A stretch of 64,000 nt of DNA from Azolla caroliniana (Eukaryota > Plantae > Polypodiophyta): NCBI GenBank assembly GCA_043228905.1, contig JBHGNT010000014.1:10044001-10108000 (forward strand). The letters run 5' to 3'. The position numbers and the translations under genes were made by a program. Below, piece after piece: positions 24,996 through 37,800 of this stretch. The notes below the pieces were generated by a model, which saw nothing but the letters and a program-made list of their open reading frames with translations, was not told where the DNA came from and did not search any database. Position 1 is the first letter of the stretch. Every line of letters starts with the position of its first letter.

Positions 24996-26344
24996 CTGTT
25001 GTGTCGCCAAAAATTCCATGAGTTCGTAAGTCGTCCTAAACTGTAACAATGTGCTGAACTCATGGGCCGTATCCGGGATGTCTGGATACTTCAGGACTTT
25101 GCTTTCTGCTGTGAGCACTCCTTTGCCATGTTGCGACTGAGTTGTAATGATCGGATGTGGCTCCCAGATTATCTCCAATGTAGTTATGTGCTCCGTAGGG
25201 GTGGAAGCGTCGATTAGAGTGGTTTTGTCTTTGACCAGTCCCTGGGCATCCTTCTGATCTAATCTTTGCCATTCCGGCCTGGGGCTTTTGTGGTTCTGTT
25301 CTGTTTCTTGCTCATTCGTTGTTGTTGGTGCTTCGACTGTCCTTGCTGGTTGTTCCGGCTGCATCGGTTGCGCTACAAGGTGGGAAGGTTGTGGTTCCTC
25401 TTCCCATTCCCTGGTTGCCAATTCCGATATCCACCGTTTTGCGGATCGTGGCGGAGGCGTAGGTTTACTAGGTAGTGGGGCGGGCAGACTGTGAGGCGGG
25501 AACAGTATCGTAAGGTACTGTTGTATAATCGGCCTTAGCTTTTTGCTGGCCTGGTATGCGTGCAGGCCCTCTCTTAGCGTTGGTCTCGTAATCACTCCCC
25601 AATCTACTACGCGCCCTTCGAATGTATCAATGATGATGTCTGCCTTCTGTTTTGGCATCCAGTACGCGTTGACGTGCACACAACCGACCTCAAGTAGGAA
25701 CTTAGCTATTTCCCGAAACAATGGGTTCGGGATGTCTTTCGTTCTATATGTCTTGGTTGATACGGAATATTCCCCACAATATTCTTCTAGAGTTTCTGTA
25801 GGGGGGATGTCGAAGTGTTTCTCCCCATTCGCGAATAGGTCCAATTTTTTCCAAATGGTAGCGTTTGTCATAGTGTCCATGTTGAGCTTTTTGGCGATGT
25901 CGAGAGCATCAGGGTGTGTTGGTGCCTCGGCGACCCTGATGTACCCCTCAAAACCCGTTTCTAGGAGCCACCTGCATAAAGCTGTAGAGATGGTGATTGG
26001 CATCGTGAGTGGAAGAGGCTCGTGTAGAATAGGCGAAGCTATCAAGCCACGGTGAGCGTGGACTCTGTGGTATGGTGGGGAGCGAGGAGAGTGTTGAGGG
26101 CGAGAAGAGTTAGTCTGTTTTCTGTAGTGTGTAGAAAAACCTTCTTTTTCCCTCTTTTTGTGTTCTATGGTTCATTGGCCTATGTGACATCGTGGTGCCG
26201 CGTGTGCTTGATCTTGGAGTTTGTGCATGCATAAACACCTTTTAATAGTCGTGACTATCTTCTCTCTTTTTTTCTTTTTTTTTAACGGTAAAGTACAATA
26301 TTACTGTTACAATTTATTACATGTGGGACCCCTATGACGTGTCA

Positions 26345-29300
26345 GTTACGCCATGAAAGAGGTTCGGGGGCGTAGGTCCCAGATAAGGTTTTAATCAGAA
26401 CCCATTCACTTTTTGCTGAAGTATAACTCCAACGAGGGTACCCAATTGGAAGGTGCCATTTTCCGCTCCAACTATCCAAAACGGCCCTATCCAGCGAAAC
26501 TGTAACTTACCTGGCATTTGACCCATGCATGTTTGAAAGACCAATACGGTCTTCCCAACAGCAAAGCACTTCTCCTATGTGCCCCGATGTCGATCCATGA
26601 ACACTTTATGCCATCGCTGCTCTTGCTCGAGTATGGCCATACTATGGACCCGAGCCTCGCCTAATTCGAGAAGTTGTAGCTATATTTGCTTGGACTTGCC
26701 TTTTGACAGTTGGTCTTGTACTTGAATCCTTAAATTGGGCACCTGGAATTCGATGGGCATTACGGCTTTTAACCCAAACGCTAGCCGAAAAGGTGTGGAC
26801 TGTATGCTAGTTTTGTAACTCATCCGATATGCCCACAAAGTGTTGTGCAGCTTGGTATCCCAATCTGTTCTATTCTCATTCACGATCTTTTTCATTATGG
26901 TCTGTAATGTCTTATTTGTGGACTCCACTAACCCTTTCGCCCGTGGGTAATATGGCATGCTCTTCTTATGCACTACGGCGTAATGGTGAGTTAGCTCGTA
27001 GATGACTGAATTCAGAAAGTGGCTCCCTTGATCATTGATAAGCTCGATTGGGCAACCAAAACGACACCAAATGTATTCATAAAGAAATTTTGTCATGGAT
27101 GTCGCCGTATTATCCCGTAATGCTTTTGTTTCTACCCACTTAGTGCAGTAATTCGTGGCTACGAGAATGTACTTATTGCCGGTCCGTGTTGCTGCCAGCG
27201 TAAAGGGACCGACAAAATCCAGACCCCATTTCTAGAATGAATCTAGTGGAAGAATTAGTTGGTGCGGCATCCTTGCGAGCTCCGTAGGTTGCCCCAACCG
27301 TTGACATAGATCACACTGTCTATAGTATTGATATGCGTCTTTTTGCGTAGTTGGCCACCATAGACCTGCTTGCCATATTTTTGGGGTCATAACATCGCCC
27401 ATGTAATGTCCCCTGGCCGTACCGCAGTGAGCTTCATGCAAAACAGCTTCCTTTTCATCCTGGCGTATCCCACATCGCCAAATCCCATTGCTACCTTTGT
27501 GGTAAAGTACTCCTCCGACCAGACAAAAGTTACGATTGCAGACAACCAGTCATTTCTTTTCATCCATCCTTAGTTGTAGAGGTGGCAGTCCCGTGGTCAG
27601 AAAGTACGTCATTTCCACCAGCCAACGATCCGGAAAATTCTTTTCTACCTGTGACGCAATAGTCGCGATCCTCAGAATGTCAGCGTTAGGAAAGTCGTCA
27701 TTGTCCCTCATCGCATTATCTCCATTATCCACTATGTTTAAGAAATCAGTTACGGCATGCTTCGTGCCCGACCGATGTTGTATTGCGAAATCGAACTCCT
27801 AGAGTAGCATCATCCATCTGGCCAGCTTCCCTATCAGCGCCTGTTTCTCAACTAGATACAATAACACCGCGTGATCTATGTGAAACGTAAATTTGCGCCC
27901 TACCAGATAATGTTGCAATTTGTTGATGCTATATATCATCCCCAAGGCTTCATGCTCAGTTGTGGAATAGTTCCTCTTGGTAGTTGATAGCTTATGACTG
28001 GTGTAATAGACCGGTCTGTACCAATTCGGCTCTGTGAGTTGCATTAATGCGCTGCCTATTGCTATATTCGAGGCATCCATAAAGACGTGAAAAGGTTTAG
28101 CCCAATCTGGTGATTGTATGACCAATGCTTGGGTTAACATTATCTTGAGTACGTCGTAAGCTTTCTCTTCTATTTTCGTCCACTTGAAGGGCGTTCAATG
28201 TACGACGGCGTGTAATGGGGTCACAAAATCCAGGGTATTTGACCTAGGAAGCGGTCGAGGGCTTTGGCATTAGTCGGAGTCTTTGCTTCAATGATTTTCG
28301 TGATTTTGTTTGGATCCACCGCTATCCCTTCCTTGCTTACGATGTGTCCGAGAAGTTCCCCACAGGTGACGCCGAATACACATTTGGTCGAAGTAAGGCT
28401 GAGGTGTGACGTACGGCAACGCTCCAAACAAACTCGGAGATGACCCAAATGTTCACCTCGTGTTCCATATACCGCGAAATCATCGAGAAAGACTTGCATA
28501 AAGGCAGGTATGTACTCCCCAAAACTCTCCGTAATTGTTCGTTGGAAAGTGGCAGGCATCGTCTTTAGCCCAAACATCATGACCACAGCGACAAAAACAC
28601 CCCAATCCGTGACGAATGCAATCTTCTCCTGGTCGTTAGGGTGCATGCGTACCTGATTGTATCCACTAAAACCATCTAGAAAACTATACATGTCATGACC
28701 CACAACCGCATCTAGTACACTATCAGTGAAGGGTAAGGGGAACACGTCCGTAATCGTCACAGCGTTAAGCTTACGATAATCCACACAAACGCGGATTTTA
28801 CCATTTTTCTTTGTTACCACGACTATCGGGCTCAATCACGTGGCCTGCTTCACCGACCGGATAAACCCTGCTTTTAGAAGTTTGTCAATTTCTTCTTTTA
28901 TGCGAACCGCGTAATTCCAGTTCATTCGATAGCAGTGTTGTTGCATCGGTTTCACGTCAGTGGACAAGTTGATCTTGTGCTGATAAAATTTTGGATCCAA
29001 CCCCTGCATGTCCTCATGTGACCATGCGAAAACATCCTTATATTCCTTGAGCAGCTCTATCATTGTCGTCTTCTCACTTGGGATCAAGTCCTTCGCAATA
29101 AAGAGTAGTCAAGGTTCCGCCGTGGTTCCGATATTGACTTCTTCTAATGTTGAAGCAGTGACTCACCGCGAAATTTCCATATCTCTCTTGAACGTTATGT
29201 GTGCTCTACTTAACTCCATTAGCGATTCTGGGTTCGGTTCGTATTTAGCTTCCTGAAGCGTATTAGTTGGGGTGTATTCTGCAACGGTTTCTATTACATC

Positions 29301-31460
29301 AATTTCGAATAATGGAACAATCCGCAGGTGATTCTCTAGGTACGCCTCAAGCTCTATATCATCTACTCCTTCCAACATATTTATATCTTCAGCGTATAAT
29401 GGCGTTATGCCCTTGGTTGGTGCCGCCATTTCTTGAGTGGGCACGCGAACTTTGCTTCGGCCTCGGCGGAAGCTGATACAATTATGCTGCCAATTCTGTT
29501 TGATGTTGGTTGAGCATAGCCAAGGTTTGTTGAGCAATATTGGGTACGCTCCCAGAGCTTCTAGTGCGAGCACTACCGTAGAGATGTCAAAGAGATGGCC
29601 GCCAATGACAATGCCTAATTTCCGAATTAACCCTAGGGGTCTAACAGAGCCGGTGTGCGCCATGCGGAGCCAGAAAGGGCATGCTTCCCAACCTGTAATT
29701 CCTAGTCGTGCACATGTATTCGTACTAATGACATTAACACCGGACCCCCCATCAATGATACATCCCGAGATTTCTTGACCTTGTAGTACCAACTTAATGG
29801 TTGGATTGTGATGATTTACGACTGTTGGTCCAGTACTAGACTCCACAAAATTTGTTGCGACTAATCCGGTTGTGCCCCTTATGCGATTTTCCACGACCTG
29901 CCGGAATCGTGGCACTAGTCGGAGAAGCTTCTCCATGGTCATTGTTATCTCACAGTCCGCCAATGCTTGCCATATGGGATCCGGTGATGATGTGTTTTCT
30001 TTCATCGGCAAACTGACGTTTGCGGACTCCTGCTTCATACGCTCTGTTTGCCACATTTGCTTCTTCTACCTAGACCTAGGCTGCCTTGCGTATCTCATCT
30101 TCTTCTGCCCAGTCTGCATTCTTTGCATGTTTCCGTGTCGTCACTTGTTGGACTTCTGCCATGATGGTATTCACGACTGCCTCCTTTCCTTTCCGACGTG
30201 GACACTGCGTCGCGTAATCATCGGGCGGTTGACACACGAAACAGAGTACGTTGGTCTTGCCTCTTTCTACTACCGGAGGGGTATTAGTTTCCGCCGGTAC
30301 TAGTTGTTCGTCCCGATTATGCTGAGGTCACCTGTTATTCCGGGGTTGTTGACGGTATTCTTGGCGTGGCTCTTGACGTCGGTCGTCCTCTGAACTTTCG
30401 TCATTATGGCGTTGGTCCTTATGCTGACAATTGTTTCCGTTTGGACGAGCCCCATTGAATCCTCGACAATTGTTTGTAGGTCATCAATTGTCGTAATGAT
30501 GCCTCCCCCCCCCCCCCGGACAATAACGGTTGGTACTCCGGTATTCTTCCTCTTCCTGATCTTCTTCATTGGAGTAAGGGTCGGTGTTACGGTTTTTACG
30601 ATATTGGCGCTCCGTTCGCTGATTCCTGTCTGTATACCGGGGACGTTCTTCCTGCCGTCCTGAATCATTCCTGCAAGATTGTTGTTGTGGCTCCATACGT
30701 CGTACTATGGGTGTGGGCCTATTTAGCATATTATACTTACATTGGTCCACCGTGTGTGCCCGTGAATAGAAAATGGGGTAATGTATTCGCATGTTACATT
30801 CAACCGCGGAATGTCCAGAGTTTAAACTTACGGTACACTGAATGGCCTGGCGAAATCGATGCTCCTCTTCCTGAGCCAATGCCTACTGTAGCGATGCCAT
30901 GTACATTCCCTCATCTTCTTCCTCCAATTCGAGTTGTAATGCTCGCTCGATGACCATGTCGGCTGTCTCCCCTTTCACACTGTGCGTGTTCACACCCGTG
31001 TAAGGTTCCGTCGTAGACTCTGGAAAGGTAGATTGAAATCCACTCTAGATTCTGTGGGAAGTTGCTTGATGGTATAGAACTGCCCGATTATTTCATGTTG
31101 TGGTAGCTTCCGATGAAAAAAATGCAAGAATGCCGATTGCAACTGGTCAAAGGTTTTGATTGGTGCAAAATCCATCTCGGAATGCCAGCATGCAGCACGA
31201 CCGTCCAAAGTTAACCCGAACTTGGCGATCTTCAAAGCATGAACTTCCGCGTCTGGAAACCGCTACGCCATATGATTCGCATTCCAAACATTGAGGAATA
31301 GCCGGGTGTGGCTAGCGGCGTCTGCTTCTCCGTTGAAGCGGGGGTATGAGAAAGCCATTCTGGACGCTGTGTTGACGATCGGCAGGGGAAGACTCCTGCT
31401 TTCGCGATGTGGACTATTGCGGCATTTAATCACACTACCTTGGTCGTGTGACGACAAGGC
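26345..31460 (-). pseudogene. Element C gag-pol (disrupted)
   Basis: IIDGGSGVNVI protease, QVFLDDFAVYG RT, FMDASN RH, integrase core; many stops. Confidence 0.9.
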
Positions 31461-31673
31461 TTCGTGGTCGACGTCACGTTGTTCTGTGAGCGTGGAGTCT
31501 ACCGTGTACTCCTAGAAGTAGCAGTCGTGGTCGTTGAGGCGGGGTTTCTGCTTAGCGCGCTCTTCTGTCTGGCGAGTGATAGACCTCGTCAGTGGTCGAT
31601 CTTGTCGGGTCCGTTCTCTCGCTCGTCTACAGCTAGTCATCCATACCTTGCTGCTCATCTGTGTTGAACCATA

Positions 31674-31691
31674 GTCCCACCGGGCGTGCCA
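31674..31691 (-). promoter_or_regulatory. Element C canonical PBS (18 nt, tRNA-Arg(UCU) type)
   Basis: TGGCACGCCCGGTGGGAC 4 nt after the 5' LTR. Confidence 0.9.
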
Positions 31692-31695
31692 AAAG

Positions 31696-32164
31696 TGTTA
31701 CCGATTAGGAACACGATCTACTCTCAGTCCTTCGAGGTAGACTTCAAGGTGATTGTGGTGCATGGAATAGATCCGTATGTGTGTGAATCGTAATAGGCTT
31801 ACAAAGCAAGCGTATCGTCAGGGCGTGAAGGGACACGGCTACAACCAAAGCTCCCCAGTGCGTGATCTCATATGCACACTTACCCTACGCTTACTAACCT
31901 ACAATTACCAACAAAGTACTACACCGAATCAGTAGAAGATTTGCATAGACAAGGGAATCAAAGAAGATAGTATTGTATTACAGAAGGTAGCTCTCAAAAT
32001 ACATGCTTCCTCTTTACAAAGGATTTCCACCTTTTATCTACACAGGGCTTTTAGTTTGTTACGCTCCTAGCGTGAACCGTTATATGCGTTTCTTTAACGC
32101 TGACCTAATAATATATTCTATTTGTTTAAGCGTTAGGTTCAGCGGACAACACTGGCGGACAACA
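31696..32164 (-). repeat. Element C 5' LTR
   Basis: tgttaccgattaggaac...gcggacaaca. Confidence 0.9.
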
Positions 32165-32169
32165 AATAC

Positions 32170-34187
32170 TATCCCCCATAGCTCTCTGACTCTTTACTTA
32201 GGCGTACTTTCTTTATCTTTCGGTCAACACCTTTGCACCGAATCGGATTGCATACTGATTTTTGTCGTTGTCTTCTTGGTTAATCACCCATCCAATTTGG
32301 TGTAGTCGGTTTTGCGCAATGCCGGAGCTTCCAATAATAGTTTCTTCAACTTTTGAACCGCGTAGGTATGCTCGTCTTCCCATTCAAACGTCTTCCTTTT
32401 CTTTAGTAGTCCATACAATGGTTCAACGACATGGGCATAGTGTGGAATCCATATGTGGTAGAATGCACATAGCTCTCTCTTTACTTAGGCGTACTTTCTT
32501 TATCTTTCGGTCAACACCTTTGCACCGAATCGGATTGCATACTGATTTTTGTCGTTGTCTTCTTGGTTAATCACCCATCCAATTTGGTGTAGTCGGTTTT
32601 GCGCAATGCCGGAGCTTCCAATAATAGTTTCTTCAACTTTTGAACCGCGTAGGTATGCTCGTCTTCCCATTCAAACGTCTTCCTTTTCTTTAGTAGTCCA
32701 TACAATGGTTCAACGACATGGGCATAGTGTGGAATCCATATGTGGTAGAATGCACATGCTCCCAAGAATCTTATGACCTCTGTTTGGGACTCACACTCAT
32801 CTTTCATCTCTTGGATAGCATTCACCTTGGATGGAGATGGCTTCCGGCCATAAGATCCACACACGTGTCCTACTACCAATATTTCAGGTTGACTGAATGC
32901 GGACTTCTCTCCCAAAAACGTGAGATTTGCATCCTTAAGCTTTTGCAACACCTACTCGCTATCCTTTATACGATCGATGACGAATCTTCGACAACCATCT
33001 TCATCTTTTGATTCATCTTTTTCTTCCACCAAGCATCCTTTGATCGGAATGTCATCTAAGAAGGGCATTGTAATATCAGGAATACAATCCTTTAACACTT
33101 TGTTCATGGCATTCACCATGTGGGCTATGGAGTTTGTCGCACCTTGGGGTAAGGTGCACATCCTTACCAACCCGATCGGTGTCCTGATTGTTGTAATGTC
33201 TCTACTACCGACTAACAATTGAAATTGATCATAGCCCAAGTAGAGATCACCAATGGAATAGATCCACCTTCCCTTGAAGGCTTCGGAAAATTCATCCACA
33301 CTTGGACCAATTCTAGCATTTCGGATCGTCACCTTGTTGACGGGTTGGAAATCTTGAATAAAGCGTAAGGACCCATTCTTCTTCGGCACCGTAAACCATC
33401 TATTGGAGTAGGGAGCATTGGATGGCTCAAGAATTCCCATCCTAACCTTTTCCTTTAGAATCTCAATCAACTTTGGAATGTGAGCTCTTGGAACCGGTAT
33501 TGGCTTGAGGTTCCAAGGTACATGTGGCACCGTAAATATCACCATCGGCTCTATCATCTTTGGGTCAGCACATCCGATTTCCTGTGGAGAGAAGGCAAAG
33601 GCTTTCCCATGTCTCTCAAGCATCATCCTAAACCTTTCTTATTCTTTGGGGAGAAGGAAGTCATCCTTCTCGACTTGGAGTTTCCCTCTTGATTCATCGG
33701 AGAAGGTATGGCTTATCCCTTTTGGGTCTTTGAGACTTGGATCCTTGGTAACTTCTTTCATCCTTTGCCAACTATCCTCCGGTAACGGAATAGCTACCAG
33801 CTTGACCTTCTTATCTACTGATTTATATTTTGTCTTTACTTTGACCAACTCCTCCATGACCCCTCGTGAACATTCGTCGATGGTTGTATACATGTTGATG
33901 GAGTTGACTTGAATCGTATGTTGCTCATGAGGGTTCAAGTCCACGATACTCTCTATTTCTCCGATTGTATCATTAAATGAGCTTCCTCCATGACCCATGA
34001 TATGTTGTCTTCTTCTAATATTCCTTGTTCTTTTAGCCAATGTTCAAAGTTTTGAACTTGGCGCTTCTCTCTCTCATTGTGTAGTCATCCCACACGCACC
34101 ATTAGGTGCTAAATATAGTTTTCCTTCTTGCTTCTTTCTTCTTTTCGGGGACTTACTTTTTCGCGGACTATCTTTGCCCCATTCTTC
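32170..34187 (-). pseudogene. Element D RT / RNase H region
   Basis: NRWFTVPKKNGSLRFIQD, TLPQGATNS, PFLDDIPIKG, RFLGACAFY. Confidence 0.9.
32177..32757. repeat. About 290-bp tandem duplication in D pol
   Basis: catagctctct...gaatgcacat starts at 32177 and 32468; 'cat' shared at the junction. Confidence 0.9.
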
Positions 34188-34804
34188 AATAGTGTTGGGA
34201 TTACGGTCCCTTCGGATGGGATGGTCGGATGTCGGAGATGAATGCCGACGAGCCCGGTTTCGGTTTCGGAACCGGATGATGAAGACCCCGGCTTCGGAGC
34301 CGGATGACGAATGTACCCGGAGAGCGATCCGGATGCAGGGACATATCCGTGAATATGTTTGCTATGGGCCCCTGAGGCTATAGTTGTAAATAGCCCCAAA
34401 GTCATATATGTATAAATATGACTTAGGGCAAACTGTTTTAGTGTTGTTGATCATTTTTCTGTTTTTCCACTCAAGAGGAGTGAAGAGTGTGCAGCCGTGA
34501 GAGAGAGAGAGAGATAGAGTGTGAGAGAGGAAGAGGACGACGCCTCTTTGTATTTCCGCCGCCTGTGGCGAGGACAGCGAGCTCAAGGTCGTCGCCTTGC
34601 AGCTCGCCATTGTATACTTCTCTGTGTATAGTGGTGGTTTGGAGTCTTGTACTCCCGTGGTTTTTCCCGTTTAGGGTTTTCCACGTTAATCCCTGCGTAT
34701 TCGTGTTTCTCTCTGTGGTTTCCTATTTTCTGCTGCATTGATTCGCGCTTACTCGGTTGTGGCCGAGTGAAGAAGGAGAATCGAAGCGTCGATTCCCAAC
34801 AAAC

Positions 34805-34816
34805 TAGTATCAGAGC
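34805..34816 (+). promoter_or_regulatory. Element H PBS (tRNA-iMet, G>A mismatch)
   Basis: TAGTATCAGAGC versus consensus TGGTATCAGAGC. Confidence 0.85.
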
Positions 34817-34830
34817 GACTGCTGCAGAAA

Positions 34831-37800
34831 ATGGAAGGCGGCGGCAGCGGGCAGCCGGGGATGATGGTGCTGAATGCGCAGAATTACGCCGACTGGAAGA
34901 TCAAGATGGAGGATCTTCTGATTGTTCGGGACCTGTATGAACCGATCGACAGGTCGGAAATACCGAAGGGGGTACTTGAGTCGGAATGGAGGCTTCTGAA
35001 CCGGAAAGCCGTAGCAACCATTCGGCAATACGTAGACGTGAGCGTTCTACAACATGTGGCGAACGACACCAACGCATATGAGATGTGGCGGAAGCTGTCG
35101 GGCCTCTATGAGAGGAAGAATGCGTTGAACCGGACCTCCCTGATGAGGAAGATAGTGAATCTCAAGTACCGGGACGGCGAGAGTATGGTGGAACACGTAA
35201 GCACGTTCATGGGATTCGTGAATCAGCTTGCGGCGATCAAGTTCCCGTTGGAGGATGCAATGCAAGCCATCATCCTGATGTGTACATTGCCGGAAAGCTG
35301 GGAGAACTTGGTGGTGACTCTCAGCACCTCCTGCACCGAAGATAACTTGTCCTTACAAACGGTAAAGACAAGTATTTTGAACGAAGAAGCGCGTCGGAGA
35401 GATAAAGAACCGGCCTCCGACTCGAAGGCGCTGCTTACCGAATCGGATCGGGGAAGACAATGGAACCGGAGTCCGCAAAGACGGGAGAAGTCGGGGACCC
35501 GGTCGCAGTCAAGAGGAAGGCCCACATGCTTCCACTGTGGGAAGCCGGGGCACTTCCGAAAGAATTGTCGGCATTACCGAAAAGACAACGGAGCCGACGA
35601 CACCGATTCGAAGAAGTCACCGGAGAGAAACGGTGCATACCGGGGAGCCACGGACCGGAGAGGTTCGGATCGGCGAGGGCAGGACCGGAAAGGAACAACG
35701 GCACTCGCGGCAAGTGAGGAAGAAATCATGCTCATCACCGAAGAAGGTGAACTAAACATTGCCGGCGATGAGACGACCTGGGTGGTCGATTCCGGAGCAT
35801 CGTTCCACCTGACCCCGGAGAGAAGATACTTCTCATCCTACACAGCCGGTGAGCATGGCTGTGTTCGGATGGGAAATGAAGGTACATGCCGGATTGCCGG
35901 CATCGGAGACGTGTGGTTGACAACCCCGACCGGATGCAAGATGCTGCTGAAGGATGTTCGACACGTTCCGGAGGTCCGATTGAACCTGATCTCGGCCGGG
36001 AGGCTAGATGATGAAGGCTACACGGGTAGCATCCGGAACGGTGTCATGAAGTTCAGCAAGGGGAGCTTGATAGTGGCTCGGGCCCGGAAGGTCAACACAC
36101 TGTACCTGATGAATTCCCGGCTATGTCCGGAGGAGCTGAACGTGGCAGCCGACACTGCCGGTGAGCTGTGGCACAAAAGACTGTGCCACATGAGTGAGAA
36201 GGGGATGAAGAGGCTTGCAGAAGACAACCTTATTCCAGTGAAGCATGTGCACCTGGAGAAGTGCACCGATTGCCTGGCCGGTAAGCAGAACCGAACCTCC
36301 TTCCACTCAAGGCCACCGACGAGACGTAGCGCACCATTGGAATTGGTGCACACTGATGTGTGTCAGGTAGAAACGAAGTCACATGGCGGAGCCCAGTACT
36401 TCGTAACATTCATTGATGATCACAGCCGGAAGCTGTGGACGGTACCGTTGAAGACAAAGGACCAAGTGTTGTGCGTCTTCAAAGAACTCCACGCGAGAGT
36501 GGAAAGGGAATCCGGCAAGAAGCTGAAAGCGATACGAGCGGATAATGGAGGGGAATACCGGGGGCAGTTCCAGGAGTACTGTCGCTCGAAGGGAATCCGA
36601 CTCGAGTTTACTGTGCCGAAGACGCCGGAACTGAACGGGCTGGCCGAGAGGATGAACCGGACCATAATGGAGAGGGTCCGGAGTATGCTGGCGCATGCGA
36701 AATTACCCAAGGGGTTTTGGGCTGAGGCAATGTCGACGGCGACATACGTGATAAACATATCACCCTCAGTACCTTTGGACGGAGACACGCCGCAGAAAGT
36801 GTGGACCGGTAAGGAAGTGTCCTACCGGCATCTGAAGGTGTTCGGGTGTCTCGCATACGTGCATGTGGCAAAGGACCGGAGAGGAAAGTTAGATCCAAAG
36901 ACCCGGCCATGCATATTCCTCGGCTACGGCGACGACGAGTTCGGCTACCGAGTATGGGACCCGGTCGACAAGAAGATATTCAGGAGTCGAGATATCATCT
37001 TCATGGAGGACAAGACACTCGCCGACTGGGAGTCGGAGAAGAAGATGAAGAGCTCCAAGTCGACCGGTGAGGATCAACTCTACGAAGAGCAGTCCCGACC
37101 GGCAAGGGACCGGTTAGCACTCGAGGATCCGGCCGAAGACGGTGAAGAAACAGAACCGGCCGAAGAAGATGAAAATGATACCGGAACCGGCCCCGATCCC
37201 GAAATGGATTCGGATGAAGAAGAATCGGAAGAACCGGTTACCGAAGCTCCGGAACGGAGATATCCTCTAAGAGAGAGAAGGGCCCCCCGGAGATTTCCGG
37301 AACCAGAGCACGTGCTGCTAACCGACGAGGGGGAGCCGGAGAGCTTTGAAGAAGCAAAACATGACACCCAGAGCCGCAGGTGGTTGAGTGCCATGCAGGA
37401 CGAGATGGATTCCCTGCATGAGAACCACACATATGAACTTGTGGAGTTGCCGAAAGGAAAGCGGGCACTTCGAAACAAGTGGGTGTTCAAGCTGAAACCG
37501 GGAGATGCCGGAAACCCCCCGAGATACAAAGCCAGGATCGTGGTGAAGGGGTTTCAGCAGAAGAAGGGCGTCGACTTCGACGAGATATTTGCCCCGGTAG
37601 TGAAGATGACCTCCATCCGGACGGTGCTGAGCATAGCGGCAAGCATGGACCTCGAGGTAGAACAGATGGACGTGAAGACGACATTCCTTCACGGTGACCT
37701 CGATGAAGAGATCTACATGCAGCAACCGGAAGGATTCGAGAAGAAAGGGAAGGAGCACCTGGTATGCCGGTTGAAGAAGAGCCTTTACGGACTGAAGCAG

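Larger units (their letters stand above)
22313..26045 (-). pseudogene. Element C extra ORF2, disrupted and split by a Copia fragment
   Basis: YCGEYSVSTKTYRT, FEGRVVDWG, YRVDWENRRKEG, C-terminal EPNILDILNDE. Confidence 0.8.
21799..32164 (-). mobile_element. Element C: Athila/Tat-like Gypsy (A/F lineage, different LTR) nested in D RNase H
   Basis: LTRs 21799-22265 and 31696-32164; TSD GATAC (21794-21798) / AATAC (32165-32169). Confidence 0.92.

Noticed and set aside
24561-26045. 494-aa ORF as a novel protein
   Set aside because: Accidental fusion of C ORF2 with an inserted Copia RNase H fragment
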